A DNA stretch of 59,762 nt. Origin: Bacteroidaceae bacterium (GTDB lineage: Bacteria; Bacteroidota; Bacteroidia; Bacteroidales; Bacteroidaceae). The DNA is taken from contig JAILFY010000225.1 of assembly GCA_024697285.1 (NCBI GenBank), forward strand, positions 1-59,762. The letters run 5' to 3'. Made by a program: the position numbers and the translations under genes. Each line of letters opens with the position of its first letter. The stretch's first letter is position 1. Below the pieces are notes generated by a model that searched no databases, had not been told where the DNA came from, and worked only from the letters and a program-made list of their open reading frames with translations. Positions 47,967 to 57,346 of the stretch are shown in pieces.

Positions 47967-48280
47967 ACACTATAGCCCCTTTTTTCGCCACCCTATACTT
48001 GCCTTCCACAAGAACTATTTCCCGTGAACTATGCAAACATTCATCCTCCATTCTGCACCCCTATTACAGTTTGGAATTCATTGCACTCCAGGTGAAAAGT
48101 ATATAGACTGGCATGGGGTCCTGCCCCTACTTTAACTTTGCCGCAGCGGGTGCGAACGCAGACTGTAAACGCCTGGCGGAGAGGGTTCACTCCACCCCTG
48201 CCTTTAATCTGCCACCCTCCGCCTTTCACGACATCAATATTTGTCTCACATATAATAGTCATGAATTACATACATATGAT

Positions 48281-48595
48281 GATCATGAATGTTTATTTAT
48301 GGTATATTATATGTCCCTAATTTTTGGACATTCGTGTGAAAGAGAGATGGAAAATAGAATGTTCATGAATGTTTATTTATGGTATATTATATGTCCCTAA
48401 TTTCTGGACATTCGTGTGAAAGAGATATGGAAAATATAATGATCATGAATGTTTATTTATGGTATATTATATGTCCCTAATTTTTAGACATTCGTGTGAA
48501 AGAGAGATGGAAAATAAAATGTTCATGAATGATTATTTATGGTATATAATATGTCCCTAATTTCTGGACATTCGTGTGAAAGAGAGATTCGTAAC
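48281..48595 (+). repeat. 80-bp tandem repeat x~4, related to the 111-bp array at 27.5 kb
   Basis: Units start at 48281, 48361, 48441 and 48521. The shared core with the 27.5 kb array is ATTATATGTSCCTAATT...GTGWGAAAG. Confidence 0.95.
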
Positions 48596-48802
48596 GTCTG
48601 AGAGATTCTCGGTATGGTTCACCGACGCGCAAAAAAAGGCGAGTTAGATCGTGTCATTGCATGAAAATGGCAAAAAAGCCTCACCCTGTCACCCATCTAT
48701 CACTAAAAGTGTTACCCTGTATTGTGTTGTTTAATAGTTGATTACGTAAAAAGGTGACGTTTTATGCTTTCTGGTGTGCAGGTTAAATGGATAAATCTTT
48801 TT

Positions 48803-49507
48803 TCACCTTGTGAATTCCACGAGTGCACTTACCTCTTCTCCCAGGGCCAATGATACCAGGAAGGAGGAAGGGAGGTGGTAGGTGGTGGGGAGGAGGATGT
48901 CTGATTGTTTGGCGGGAACACGGTACTCCACGCGGAGCCCCTTCACGATGAAATCATCTGGCAGCAATTCCATGGCCATTCGGATATAATTCGCATTGTT
49001 GAGGTGCTTGTTGTAATCGATATCCGATTTGCGCACCACGATGGGTTCAGCCGCTATGCCACCTTCCTTGGGGAGGATGATGCGTCGGTCGCCGTAGGTC
49101 ATGTCCAGCTGTGGTTCCAGGATCATGGATTTTATTGTCGGCTCGTCCACCCGTTTCAGCTTCCCGGTTGTCTTGTCCACGAAGGCCCCCATACTCCAAG
49201 TCTTGTAGCAAGGATTCCCTTGTGCGTCGTAGATGAATGTGTTGCGGAACCCGAACATCGGTTTCATCCCATAAACGGACGTTGCCACGGTGAGCTCTTC
49301 CTTGAACCGCGGAACCCGTACGATTTCCACCTGACGCGAGGCCAGGAGCTGCGTCATGTTTTGTTCGGTGAAATACTGCAAGACGCCCGGTTCGCTGTCT
49401 ATCCACATCTCCGAACAATCCTGCATCATCTGCAGCGCCGAATAGAGTTTCAGCCGGCCCTCGCTGTCGCAAGTGCTTGTAGTGACTTTGTATTTCAAGC
49501 TATACAT
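48803..49507 (-). CDS. Acyl-ACP thioesterase
   Basis: 234 aa double hot-dog layout. The C-terminal half carries DIDYNKHLNNANYIRMAMELLP, typical of the acyl-ACP thioesterase family. Confidence 0.8.
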   Translation of the reverse strand: MYSLKYKVTTSTCDSEGRLKLYSALQMMQDCSEMWIDSEPGVLQYFTEQNMTQLLASRQVEIVRVPRFKEELTVATSVYGMKPMFGFRNTFIYDAQGNPCYKTWSMGAFVDKTTGKLKRVDEPTIKSMILEPQLDMTYGDRRIILPKEGGIAAEPIVVRKSDIDYNKHLNNANYIRMAMELLPDDFIVKGLRVEYRVPAKQSDILLPTTYHLPSSFLVSLALGEEVSALVEFTR

Positions 49508-49593
49508 CGTATTATTATCTCATGATTAGTTTCAGATTATATATGTTTTTAGTTGATCAGGTGAGGGTCGTGGGAGCTTTGCTTCTTATCCCT

Positions 49594-50580
49594 TTATGGC
49601 TTGAAATGTGCCAGGGTCGTCAGTTTGTCCCCCTCGTCGTTCATCAGGAACAGGTGAGGAATGCGTATAGTACGTCCATTCACTTTCTCGTGGCTGTGAA
49701 TGGCGCAGAGCAGTCGTCCTTTCCAGTCGTGGAAAAGCATCCCATGTCCGTAGTTGGGAGGAGTGATGGGCTTGGGCTCTTGTATCCACGGCCCCTCTAT
49801 GGTTCCCGAGAGGCTGTAGGCCACGCCTTGTGTGTAAATCTGTCCTATCCAGCTTGTCCACAACATCCCGAGTCGTCCTGTCTGGGTGCGGAAGAGGAAT
49901 GGTCCGTCGGTGACCACATTCGGTCCTGTGCCATCGTCGTTGCGGCTCCAGGGGCTGTCGCTGGCTCGGAAGAGGGTGCGGGAAGTCCAGAGGGTGCCGG
50001 TGAGGTCGTCGCGCAGGCGGATGCGCTCTATGGTTCCGTCGTTGTTCTGCAGCCACTCGTGGCAATAGACCATATAGGGATGACCGTCGTTGTCCTCGAA
50101 GAGGGTGGCGTCGAGCGTAGCCATGTGAGCAGGCAGATATACCGGGTCTCCGGTGGGGCGGTAGGGGCCGTCGGGCTTGTCGGCCACCAGTACGTGGCTG
50201 GCCCTGCGTGGCACCCTTCGTCCGGCCACGCTATCTATCGTGATAGCCTCGTTGGTGAAGGTGGCGAAATAATAATACTTGCCTTTGTAGTGATGCAGTT
50301 CGGCAGCCCAGATAGCGGGATGACGTCCCATCCATGAGGTGGAATCCAGCTCCAGCACCCATTTCGGACCATCCCACGTCTGCAGGTTCTTGGAGGTCCA
50401 CATCAGGCCGCCGGTGCCCGTCATATAATAGGTGTGGGTGGCTGAGTCAGCCAGGATGAAGGGATCGCTGAGCCGTATGCTGTCCATGGGCACACCCTCG
50501 CGGTAGTAGGGCAGTCGGCGTTGGGCACTTACGCATAAAGCGGTGGAGCAGAGGAGCAGGAGGAGGAAAAATCGTCTCAT
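49594..50580 (-). CDS. Glycoside hydrolase family 43
   Basis: From ATG 50580: signal peptide MRRFFLLLLLCSTALCVSAQ. GH43-like blades: SDPFILADSATHTYYMTGTGG and IWAAELHHYKGKYYYFATF. Confidence 0.72.
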   Translation of the reverse strand: MRRFFLLLLLCSTALCVSAQRRLPYYREGVPMDSIRLSDPFILADSATHTYYMTGTGGLMWTSKNLQTWDGPKWVLELDSTSWMGRHPAIWAAELHHYKGKYYYFATFTNEAITIDSVAGRRVPRRASHVLVADKPDGPYRPTGDPVYLPAHMATLDATLFEDNDGHPYMVYCHEWLQNNDGTIERIRLRDDLTGTLWTSRTLFRASDSPWSRNDDGTGPNVVTDGPFLFRTQTGRLGMLWTSWIGQIYTQGVAYSLSGTIEGPWIQEPKPITPPNYGHGMLFHDWKGRLLCAIHSHEKVNGRTIRIPHLFLMNDEGDKLTTLAHFKP

Positions 50581-50615
50581 GACTGTTTTTTTATTAGAGG
50601 GAAAAATCTTATAGG

Positions 50616-51908
50616 TTAGCGGGTGTAGAAATCGATAAGCCTTTTCAGTGCACGCTGACAGACGGGACAGAACTCTTCCACCTCGTTGACTTTCATCCTG
50701 CACTCTTGTGCGGGCCTGTAGACACCTTTCAGCTGGTAGCCCCCGCCCTCATAGACGCCCACCTTGGAGGTGAGTTCCTTGCCGTCGGGTTGTGTGGGCA
50801 CAGTTGTCCCCTCAGGGAGCATATCCTGCCACTTCGAGGCGAAGTCCACGAGCGTTGTCAGGTTCGGTTCCCATGGTTCGGTGTCGGCGGGGTACATCGT
50901 TTCCGCCTGTGCATCGTAGGCATATTCGTCGCCGAGACCGCCGAAGCTATGGCCGAACTCATGCACGATCACTTCATATCGGGACCGCGGACACTTGGCG
51001 GAAGCCATATTATAACTATTGTAGATACCTCCGCCGCCATACTCTTCCGTGTTGGCCAGGATGATGAAGTGCTCGAAGGGGATGCCCGTCATCAGGTCGT
51101 AGAGTCGCTGCAGATGCAGGGTGGTGAGGTACCGATTGCTGTAAAATGTGTCGAAGCTGGAGGCCAGCGGGGTATCGTGCCACACGCCGAGGTGGGGAAT
51201 GGAAACGCCGCTGTCCACGGAAGGCGGCATCACAGCCACGAAGTTGAACCTGTCGATCATCGAGCGGAAAGGTTCGTGAGCCGCCAGGGCCATGATACTG
51301 CTGTCGCAGACCTGCAGGAAGTCCTGCATCTCCGATTCCCGGAACCCCTCTGCCACGAACGCCACGTCTATGCACTCGCGGGAATCGCCTCCCTTGCGAA
51401 GGTATTTCCAGGGTGTCTGTTCCTCGTTGCTGCGGTCGCGGATGAGGATATCGGCAGGATCTACCCGATGGCGCAATTGCGCAACGACCTTCCCATGAGT
51501 GTCTCGCAGCTGGCAGACGAGTTCCACCACCTCCCGAGGCCTCGGCAGCACGAAGGTGTTCTCGAAGGATTTCTCCACCCGTTGTGCCTCCTCCGTCTCC
51601 TGCCATTCCTGGAACAGAGTGGAGAAGCTGTGGCAATAGAGCGTGTCGCCCGTGCTTGCATCGAGCATCATCAGTTGGCCGTTGCCCTGGAGGGGCAGAC
51701 GATCCAGGTTATGACGACGCCCATACCACCCTGCCGTCTCCGACAGACGACTCAACGCAATATGCGACGTTCTGTTGGTGCCGGAGAAAAGATAATCCAC
51801 TCGCAGCGTGGAATCCGAGAAATGCTCGTCGAAGACATCACCGTCCGGCTGCCCCAGGACTGGAACACAGAGTAGCAATGAGAGTAAGAGGGAACAGGAG
51901 AATCTCAT
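50616..51908 (-). CDS. Peptidase family M64 (IgA-peptidase-like zinc metalloprotease)
   Basis: Signal peptide and the zinc motif VIVHEFGHSFGGLGDEY, characteristic of M64. Confidence 0.85.
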   Translation of the reverse strand: MRFSCSLLLSLLLCVPVLGQPDGDVFDEHFSDSTLRVDYLFSGTNRTSHIALSRLSETAGWYGRRHNLDRLPLQGNGQLMMLDASTGDTLYCHSFSTLFQEWQETEEAQRVEKSFENTFVLPRPREVVELVCQLRDTHGKVVAQLRHRVDPADILIRDRSNEEQTPWKYLRKGGDSRECIDVAFVAEGFRESEMQDFLQVCDSSIMALAAHEPFRSMIDRFNFVAVMPPSVDSGVSIPHLGVWHDTPLASSFDTFYSNRYLTTLHLQRLYDLMTGIPFEHFIILANTEEYGGGGIYNSYNMASAKCPRSRYEVIVHEFGHSFGGLGDEYAYDAQAETMYPADTEPWEPNLTTLVDFASKWQDMLPEGTTVPTQPDGKELTSKVGVYEGGGYQLKGVYRPAQECRMKVNEVEEFCPVCQRALKRLIDFYTR

Positions 51909-52363
51909 TAGTTATTGATGCGGATTTGAGAAGTACGTGAGGCCTCGCCATATAGCTGTCCGGTGCTGGTCTGACCGGAGAGGTTGTAGTACGCCCGGAT
52001 CGTAACGGTCAGGTCGCTGGCGATATTGGCCGGAAGCCAGAAGCCCGCCACAGGGTCGTCGCTGCTGATGCCGTCGTAGTTGGTGGTAATCGTTCGGGTG
52101 ACCGTGGTGTCGCGCGTGGCAGCTCCGTCGTAGAAGTAGCTGTACTTCAGCGTCCAGTCGTAGGACGTCTTGTTTATCAGTTTCCCCTTCTGGTCCTGAA
52201 CGGCCGTCAGAGTGATGCTGTCGCCAGGATTGGGCAGAGAAGGTTCACAAACGATGCCCGAGAAATGAGGCACTACGCTGATGCCGTCGCTCTCGTCGTC
52301 GCAACTGATTGTCATGCAGAGGACAGACAATAGCAACGAGCTGAATACGAAAAACTTTTTCAT
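51908..52363 (-). CDS. Small lipoprotein, hypothetical, about 151 aa, beta-rich
   Basis: From ATG 52363: MKKFFVFSSLLLSVLCMTISCDDESDG. Its ATG overlaps the maf stop (ATGA) and its stop overlaps the M64 ATG (TAATG). Confidence 0.65.
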   Translation of the reverse strand: MKKFFVFSSLLLSVLCMTISCDDESDGISVVPHFSGIVCEPSLPNPGDSITLTAVQDQKGKLINKTSYDWTLKYSYFYDGAATRDTTVTRTITTNYDGISSDDPVAGFWLPANIASDLTVTIRAYYNLSGQTSTGQLYGEASRTSQIRINN

Positions 52364-52932
52364 CTTATGTTGAAATTTTGTTTCAAAGCTTGATAGAGGC
52401 GCTGCACGGGCAGTCCCACCACATTGAAGTAGGACCCTTCCACTCGCTCCACACCGATATATCCAATCCATTCCTGCACGCCATAGGCTCCGGCCTTGTC
52501 CAGAGGGCGGAAACGGCTGACGTAGTGCTGTATCTCCTCTTCCTCTAGTTTCGCGAAGGTGACGTCGGTGCGGCAGGAGAAAGCCACTCGCTTCTCGGTG
52601 GTGGTCAGACTAACGCCCGTGAACACCTGATGCGTGTGTCCGCTCAGCTGTCGCAGCATGCGGCAGGCGTCGTCCTCGTCCTTGGGTTTCTCCATCACCT
52701 GTCCGTCCAGCCATACGATGGTGTCGGCGGTGATGAGTAGTTCGTCCGGTGCCAGCGAGGGCAGATACGCCTCCGCTTTCTGCTGGGCTATATATAGAGG
52801 TATGTCGCCCTCGGCGAGCTCGGCGGGATAACTCTCGGCGATGCCGGGCAGCACTCGCACTTCAAATTCGAGCCCCAGGCCCGCCAGTAGTTCGCGGCGG
52901 CGAGGGGAGTTGCTGGCAAGTATAAGTTTCAT
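52360..52932 (-). CDS. maf: Maf-like nucleoside triphosphate pyrophosphatase
   Basis: From ATG 52932: MKLILASNSPRRRELL...GAYGVQE. The long ORF 52360..53613 is an artefactual upstream extension. Confidence 0.88.
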   Translation of the reverse strand: MKLILASNSPRRRELLAGLGLEFEVRVLPGIAESYPAELAEGDIPLYIAQQKAEAYLPSLAPDELLITADTIVWLDGQVMEKPKDEDDACRMLRQLSGHTHQVFTGVSLTTTEKRVAFSCRTDVTFAKLEEEEIQHYVSRFRPLDKAGAYGVQEWIGYIGVERVEGSYFNVVGLPVQRLYQALKQNFNIR

Positions 52933-52988
52933 GATGCCGTGGTAGCTGTATTGCTTTGTTGGGGCGGGGGAGTGGGCCGCTGTGGACC

Positions 52989-53507
52989 TCACCACCCGAA
53001 GGCGGTCTTGTCGGACATCCATTTGCCCTGTGCGCGGAGCACTTGTTCGAGCACGTCGCGCACACAACCGTAGCCGCCACGTTTGTGGCTTACGTAGATG
53101 GATATCTCTTTTATCTCTGGAGCGGCGTCGGCCGGGCACACCGGACAGCCCACGCGCCGCATGATCTCGTAGTCCGGGATATCGTCGCCCATGTAGAGCA
53201 CCTCCTCGTCGCGCAGTTGGTATTTCTCTTTCAGGAGGTCGTAGGTCTCGGTCTTTACGGAGCAGCTGAGGAAGATGTCCGGCACCCCCAGGTATTCGTA
53301 TCGCTTGCGGATACTCTGCGGACGTGCTCCGGTGATGATGGCCACATGCAGTCCCCGCAGGCAAGCCAGCCGCAGGGCGTAGCCGTCCTTGATATTCACG
53401 GTTCGCAAGGGTTCTCCCTCGGAGTCCTGGGATACCGTCTCGGCGCTGAGCACTCCATCGACATCGAAGAGCAGAGCGCGCAGTTGTGTGAGGTCGTAGT
53501 TGATCAT
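52989..53507 (-). CDS. kdsC: KDO 8-phosphate phosphatase (HAD superfamily)
   Basis: LLFDVDGVLS motif I and YMGDDIPD motif. 172 aa. Its ATG overlaps the upstream stop as ATGA. Confidence 0.85.
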   Translation of the reverse strand: MINYDLTQLRALLFDVDGVLSAETVSQDSEGEPLRTVNIKDGYALRLACLRGLHVAIITGARPQSIRKRYEYLGVPDIFLSCSVKTETYDLLKEKYQLRDEEVLYMGDDIPDYEIMRRVGCPVCPADAAPEIKEISIYVSHKRGGYGCVRDVLEQVLRAQGKWMSDKTAFGW

Positions 53508-54337
53508 TTGTCTTGCTTTGGGGTTGAGTGAGGTTGCTGGATGCTGCGGGTGAGGGTGTCGTAAACGGCCAGCAGGTCGGGCCGCTGGAGCAGCATCGCG
53601 CGCTGCATTCCAATCACATTGCTGTCGCGCCGCACGGCAGGTCCGGTCTGTGCGTCCTCGGGCGAGAGTGTGTTGAGTTTCTCCACCGTCTCCTGAATCA
53701 GCGGCAGCATAGCGTCGAAGGGCAGTCCGGCATCCTGCAGGATATCATCGGCCAGGGCGAAACAGCGGTTGGCGAAGTTGCAGGCGAAGACGGCCGCCAG
53801 ATGCAGCCTCCGGCGCTCGGCAGACCCTGCCTCGTGGATGTGCTCTTCGGCGGTGAGCCCCGATGCCAGTTGGGCGAGCAGTCGCAGGTCCTCCGTGGTG
53901 GTGGCCTCGATGAAGAAGTGTAGCCGGGAGAAATCCACGGCCCGCTGCTTCGAGAACGTCTGCATCGGATAGAAGACACCTCCCCGCTCGTGGCCCGCCT
54001 CGGCAAACAGCCCCAGAGGCATGGAACCCGCGGTGTGGGCGAAGAGGGCCCGTTCGCGCCCCTTGTGCAAGGCGCCCACGACCTCCTGCAGGGCGGCGTC
54101 GCTGACGCTGATGATATAGACGTCCGCTTCGGTGGTGGCCTCGCCGACGTGGCCCCAGGCGGCGTGGCACTTCAGTCGTGCAGCCAGCTCCGAAGCCGAC
54201 TCGCGGGTACGGCTCCACACTTCCAGGAGCTCGCAACCGGCAGCCTGCAGGGCGGGAGCCAGGTTCGTGGCCAACCGGCCGGCACCTATGAATGCTATTT
54301 TCAGAGGTTCCACGGCGCCGCCACTATTCCGTTGCAT
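53504..54337 (-). CDS. Rossmann-fold / DUF2520-like oxidoreductase-like protein
   Basis: LKIAFIGAGRLATNLAPAL dinucleotide-binding fold. The start is ATG 54337 or GTG 54313. The longer ORF start at 54424 overlaps the nitroreductase gene. Confidence 0.6.
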   Translation of the reverse strand: MQRNSGGAVEPLKIAFIGAGRLATNLAPALQAAGCELLEVWSRTRESASELAARLKCHAAWGHVGEATTEADVYIISVSDAALQEVVGALHKGRERALFAHTAGSMPLGLFAEAGHERGGVFYPMQTFSKQRAVDFSRLHFFIEATTTEDLRLLAQLASGLTAEEHIHEAGSAERRRLHLAAVFACNFANRCFALADDILQDAGLPFDAMLPLIQETVEKLNTLSPEDAQTGPAVRRDSNVIGMQRAMLLQRPDLLAVYDTLTRSIQQPHSTPKQDK

Positions 54338-54866
54338 CGCCAAAGGAGCCCACGTGCACTTTCTCCCAGAGCAGCCGTGCCTCGTTGAAGGGTTTGCGTT
54401 CCATGCCCTTGTGGCCCACGGCAACGATGGTGACCGGGCGCATCGAGTCGGGGATATTCAGTAGTTCGCGTACGATCTCATCAGAGGAGTTGCCCTCGGG
54501 GTCGAAGCGGTTGTGAAGCTGTATCCAGCACGCACCCAGACCCAGGTCCTCGGCCTGCAGCAGCAGGATGGTGCTGGCCACGCTGCAGTCCTCCACCCAC
54601 ACATCGCTCTCCTCGGGTTCGCCCACCACCACGATGGCCAGGGGCGCTCCCGCCAGGAAGTCGGAACCCACCGACTTGCAGGCCGACAACTGCTTCAACA
54701 TCGCCTTGTCATCCACGACTACGAAATGCCAGGCGTGCTTGCCCTTGCTCGAAGGCGACATCAGTGCTGACTTCAACAAAACTTCCACCTGTTCGGGCGA
54801 CAGGGGCTCGTCGGTGAACTTGCGCATCGAACGGCGTTGGCGAACGAGATCAGAGAAATTTTCCAT
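54324..54866 (-). CDS. Nitroreductase family protein
   Basis: RRSMRKFTDEPLS N-terminal motif. 180 aa. Confidence 0.8.
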   Translation of the reverse strand: MENFSDLVRQRRSMRKFTDEPLSPEQVEVLLKSALMSPSSKGKHAWHFVVVDDKAMLKQLSACKSVGSDFLAGAPLAIVVVGEPEESDVWVEDCSVASTILLLQAEDLGLGACWIQLHNRFDPEGNSSDEIVRELLNIPDSMRPVTIVAVGHKGMERKPFNEARLLWEKVHVGSFGDATE

Positions 54867-54910
54867 ATACCTTATTTATATATAATGTTCTGTGTGTTTT
54901 TTTACGGCCG

Positions 54911-54918
54911 CAAAGATA
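54911..54918 (-). promoter_or_regulatory. -7 box TATCTTTG for the nitroreductase-led operon
   Basis: Plus-strand caaagata, 45 nt upstream of ATG 54866. Confidence 0.45.
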
Positions 54919-55045
54919 GTGAAAAGTTGCAAGTAAAAAGGAGAAAGCCGAAAGTTTTTCTCAATCAGGAGTCAAAATGGGGGGAATTTGGCTCCATTGC
55001 TCAAAAAACTACACGCCTCAAAAACCAAACTCTAAACTTTTTCCG

Positions 55046-55053
55046 TACCTTTG
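55046..55053 (+). promoter_or_regulatory. -7 box TACCTTTG immediately upstream of the Pif1-like helicase gene
   Basis: Only 4 nt lie between the motif and ATG 55058. The next in-frame ATG is at 55085. Confidence 0.4.
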
Positions 55054-55057
55054 CAGC

Positions 55058-57256
55058 ATGAACGATAAAAATGCAGAACTGGAGATGGCGCGCAACTATG
55101 CGCTCTACACGCGTCGCAACATCTTCCTCACGGGCAAGGCCGGCACGGGCAAGACGACGTTCCTACGCCGTCTGCAGCAGGAGTCGCGCAAACGCATCAT
55201 CGTCGTGGCGCCCACGGGCGTGGCAGCTATCAATGCCGGCGGCGTCACCATCCATTCTTTCTTCCAGCTTGCTCCCGGGTTATTTCTCCCGGGCGGACAA
55301 GAAGTGGCCGGGCGCGACAAGCGAGGTCACTATTCCTATTCCAAGAACAAACTGAATATCCTGCGGTCGCTGGACATTCTCGTCATCGACGAGATATCCA
55401 TGGTCCGCGCCGACCTTCTCGACGCCATCGACTCCGTGCTGCGCCGCTTCCAGAAGCGCGACCAGCCTTTCGGCGGCGTGCAGCTGTTGCTCATCGGCGA
55501 TCTCCAGCAGCTGGCACCCGTGGCCAACGACGAGGAATGGCCCATCCTGCAGCAGTACTACTCCACACCCTACTTCTTCTCCTCGCTGGCGCTGCAGAAG
55601 ACCGACCTCGTGTTCATAGAGCTGCGCAAGATCTACCGTCAGCAGGACGAACATTTCGTGAACCTCCTCAACAGCGTCCGCGACGGTAATATCACCAGCG
55701 ACGTCATGCAGCAACTCAACGCCCGCTTCAAACCCGCCTTCGACCCGCCCGACGAGGAGAACTGGATCACCCTTACGACCCACAACCACCAGGCGGCACA
55801 GATCAATAGTCACAAGCTGGAGGCCCTGGCAGCGCCGCCGGTGCTCTTCCAGGCTGTCGTCAAGGGCGACTTCCCCGAACTCGCCTATCCCACCGACGCC
55901 CTGCTGACGCTGAAGGTGGGGGCGCAGGTGATGTTCTGCAAGAACGACCCCACCACGGCCAAGGCCTACTACAACGGACTCATCGGTCGCATCGAACAGA
56001 TCACCAACACCAAGGTTACCGTCCTCTGCGGACAGGACCGCATAGAGGTGGGCCCGCAGGAGTGGACCAACACGAAGTACACCACCGACTCCTCCACGGG
56101 AGTCATCCGCGAGGAAGTGGTGGGCTCGTTCGTTCAGATACCTTTGCGCACGGCTTGGGCCATCACCATCCACAAGAGCCAGGGTCTCACCTTCGACCGC
56201 GTCATCGTCAACGCCGGCCGGGCGTTCTCCCATGGCCAGGTCTATGTGGCCCTCTCCCGCTGCCGCACCCTCGAGGGCATCGTGCTCTCCACCCCCATCT
56301 CTTCCGCCGTCGTCACCACCGACCCCGACGTCACCCAGTTCGAGGACCAGGCGCGCGAGCTCATCCCCTCGGCCACCACCTTCCTGCACGACCGCCGTAG
56401 CTTCGAGGAGGACATCCTCTCCACCGTCTTCGACTTCAAGGCCATCTCCATGCGGCTGCGTTATTTCCTGCGGTTGGCAAGTGAGTACATGCCCTTCTTC
56501 CCGGACTACCTCCGGATGGTGCAGGCCGCTGCCCAGGAGACCGACGCCCGGCTGATGGCCGTGGGCGTCAAGTTCCAGGCGCAGATTCGCGAACTCACTC
56601 CCCTGGCCGACAGCTACGCCGACAATGTGTCCCTACGTCAGCGGGTTCATGCTGCCATCGGATACTATTGCAAGGAAACAGCCAATATCCTGGGTACGCT
56701 CATGGAGTCAGAACTGCCGGAGGTGGACAACGCCCGCGGCAAGGAACAGATAGAGAAAGAGTTCGACCTGCTGAAAGCTGATTTCAACCTGAAGATGAGC
56801 ATCTTCATCGCTTGCATGTCCGAGTTCTCGCTGGACGCCTACTGGGACGCCAAGGCACGGGCTTCCATGACCGAGGATACCTCCCGGAAGCGCTCGGCAT
56901 CGCCGCGCAGGCGACGTGCCTCCCGCACCGGCGACCCCGCTGCCGCCGACGCCAGCGGCAGCGCCACCAGCAGCACACCACCCACCCGGAGCAGCCGCGT
57001 GGCCAAAGCCGATGTCGATGTCTCTTCGGTGCACAACCCTTCGCTCTACCGCGCCATTCTCGACTGGCGCAAGGATATGGCCCGGCAGCGCCACATGCCG
57101 CCAGCCTACATCATGCCTCTGCGCACCGTCATAGCCCTGACCAACAGTCAGCCCTCCACCCCCGATGCGTTGCTCTCCGTGCCCGGCATCGGTCAGAAGA
57201 TCGCCAGCGACCACGGAGCCGACCTCCTGGAGATCATTGCCACCCACCGCCGCTGA
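55058..57256 (+). CDS. Pif1/RecD-like SF1 helicase with a C-terminal HRDC domain
   Basis: Walker A GKAGTGKTT, Walker B ILVIDEISM, QLAPV, TIHKSQGLTF. A basic Ser/Arg/Pro linker precedes an HRDC-like end (LYRAILDWRKDMARQ...VPGIGQKIA). The track ORF start at 54977 lies upstream of the promoter box. Confidence 0.82.
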   Translation: MNDKNAELEMARNYALYTRRNIFLTGKAGTGKTTFLRRLQQESRKRIIVVAPTGVAAINAGGVTIHSFFQLAPGLFLPGGQEVAGRDKRGHYSYSKNKLNILRSLDILVIDEISMVRADLLDAIDSVLRRFQKRDQPFGGVQLLLIGDLQQLAPVANDEEWPILQQYYSTPYFFSSLALQKTDLVFIELRKIYRQQDEHFVNLLNSVRDGNITSDVMQQLNARFKPAFDPPDEENWITLTTHNHQAAQINSHKLEALAAPPVLFQAVVKGDFPELAYPTDALLTLKVGAQVMFCKNDPTTAKAYYNGLIGRIEQITNTKVTVLCGQDRIEVGPQEWTNTKYTTDSSTGVIREEVVGSFVQIPLRTAWAITIHKSQGLTFDRVIVNAGRAFSHGQVYVALSRCRTLEGIVLSTPISSAVVTTDPDVTQFEDQARELIPSATTFLHDRRSFEEDILSTVFDFKAISMRLRYFLRLASEYMPFFPDYLRMVQAAAQETDARLMAVGVKFQAQIRELTPLADSYADNVSLRQRVHAAIGYYCKETANILGTLMESELPEVDNARGKEQIEKEFDLLKADFNLKMSIFIACMSEFSLDAYWDAKARASMTEDTSRKRSASPRRRRASRTGDPAAADASGSATSSTPPTRSSRVAKADVDVSSVHNPSLYRAILDWRKDMARQRHMPPAYIMPLRTVIALTNSQPSTPDALLSVPGIGQKIASDHGADLLEIIATHRR

Positions 57257-57346
57257 GCTTTCCGGTCGTTCCCCCCTTTCCGCCGACACTTCATCCTGAT
57301 AACTCTCTCCCCTATCCCTACGAGTCCATATCCCCACCTCTCGCCC

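Noticed and set aside
52360-53613. A 417-aa ORF spans maf and kdsC.
   Set aside because: Only the C-terminal 190 aa (from ATG 52932) are Maf-like. The upstream 227 aa are Arg/Pro/Ala-rich and overlap the well-supported kdsC gene in another frame.
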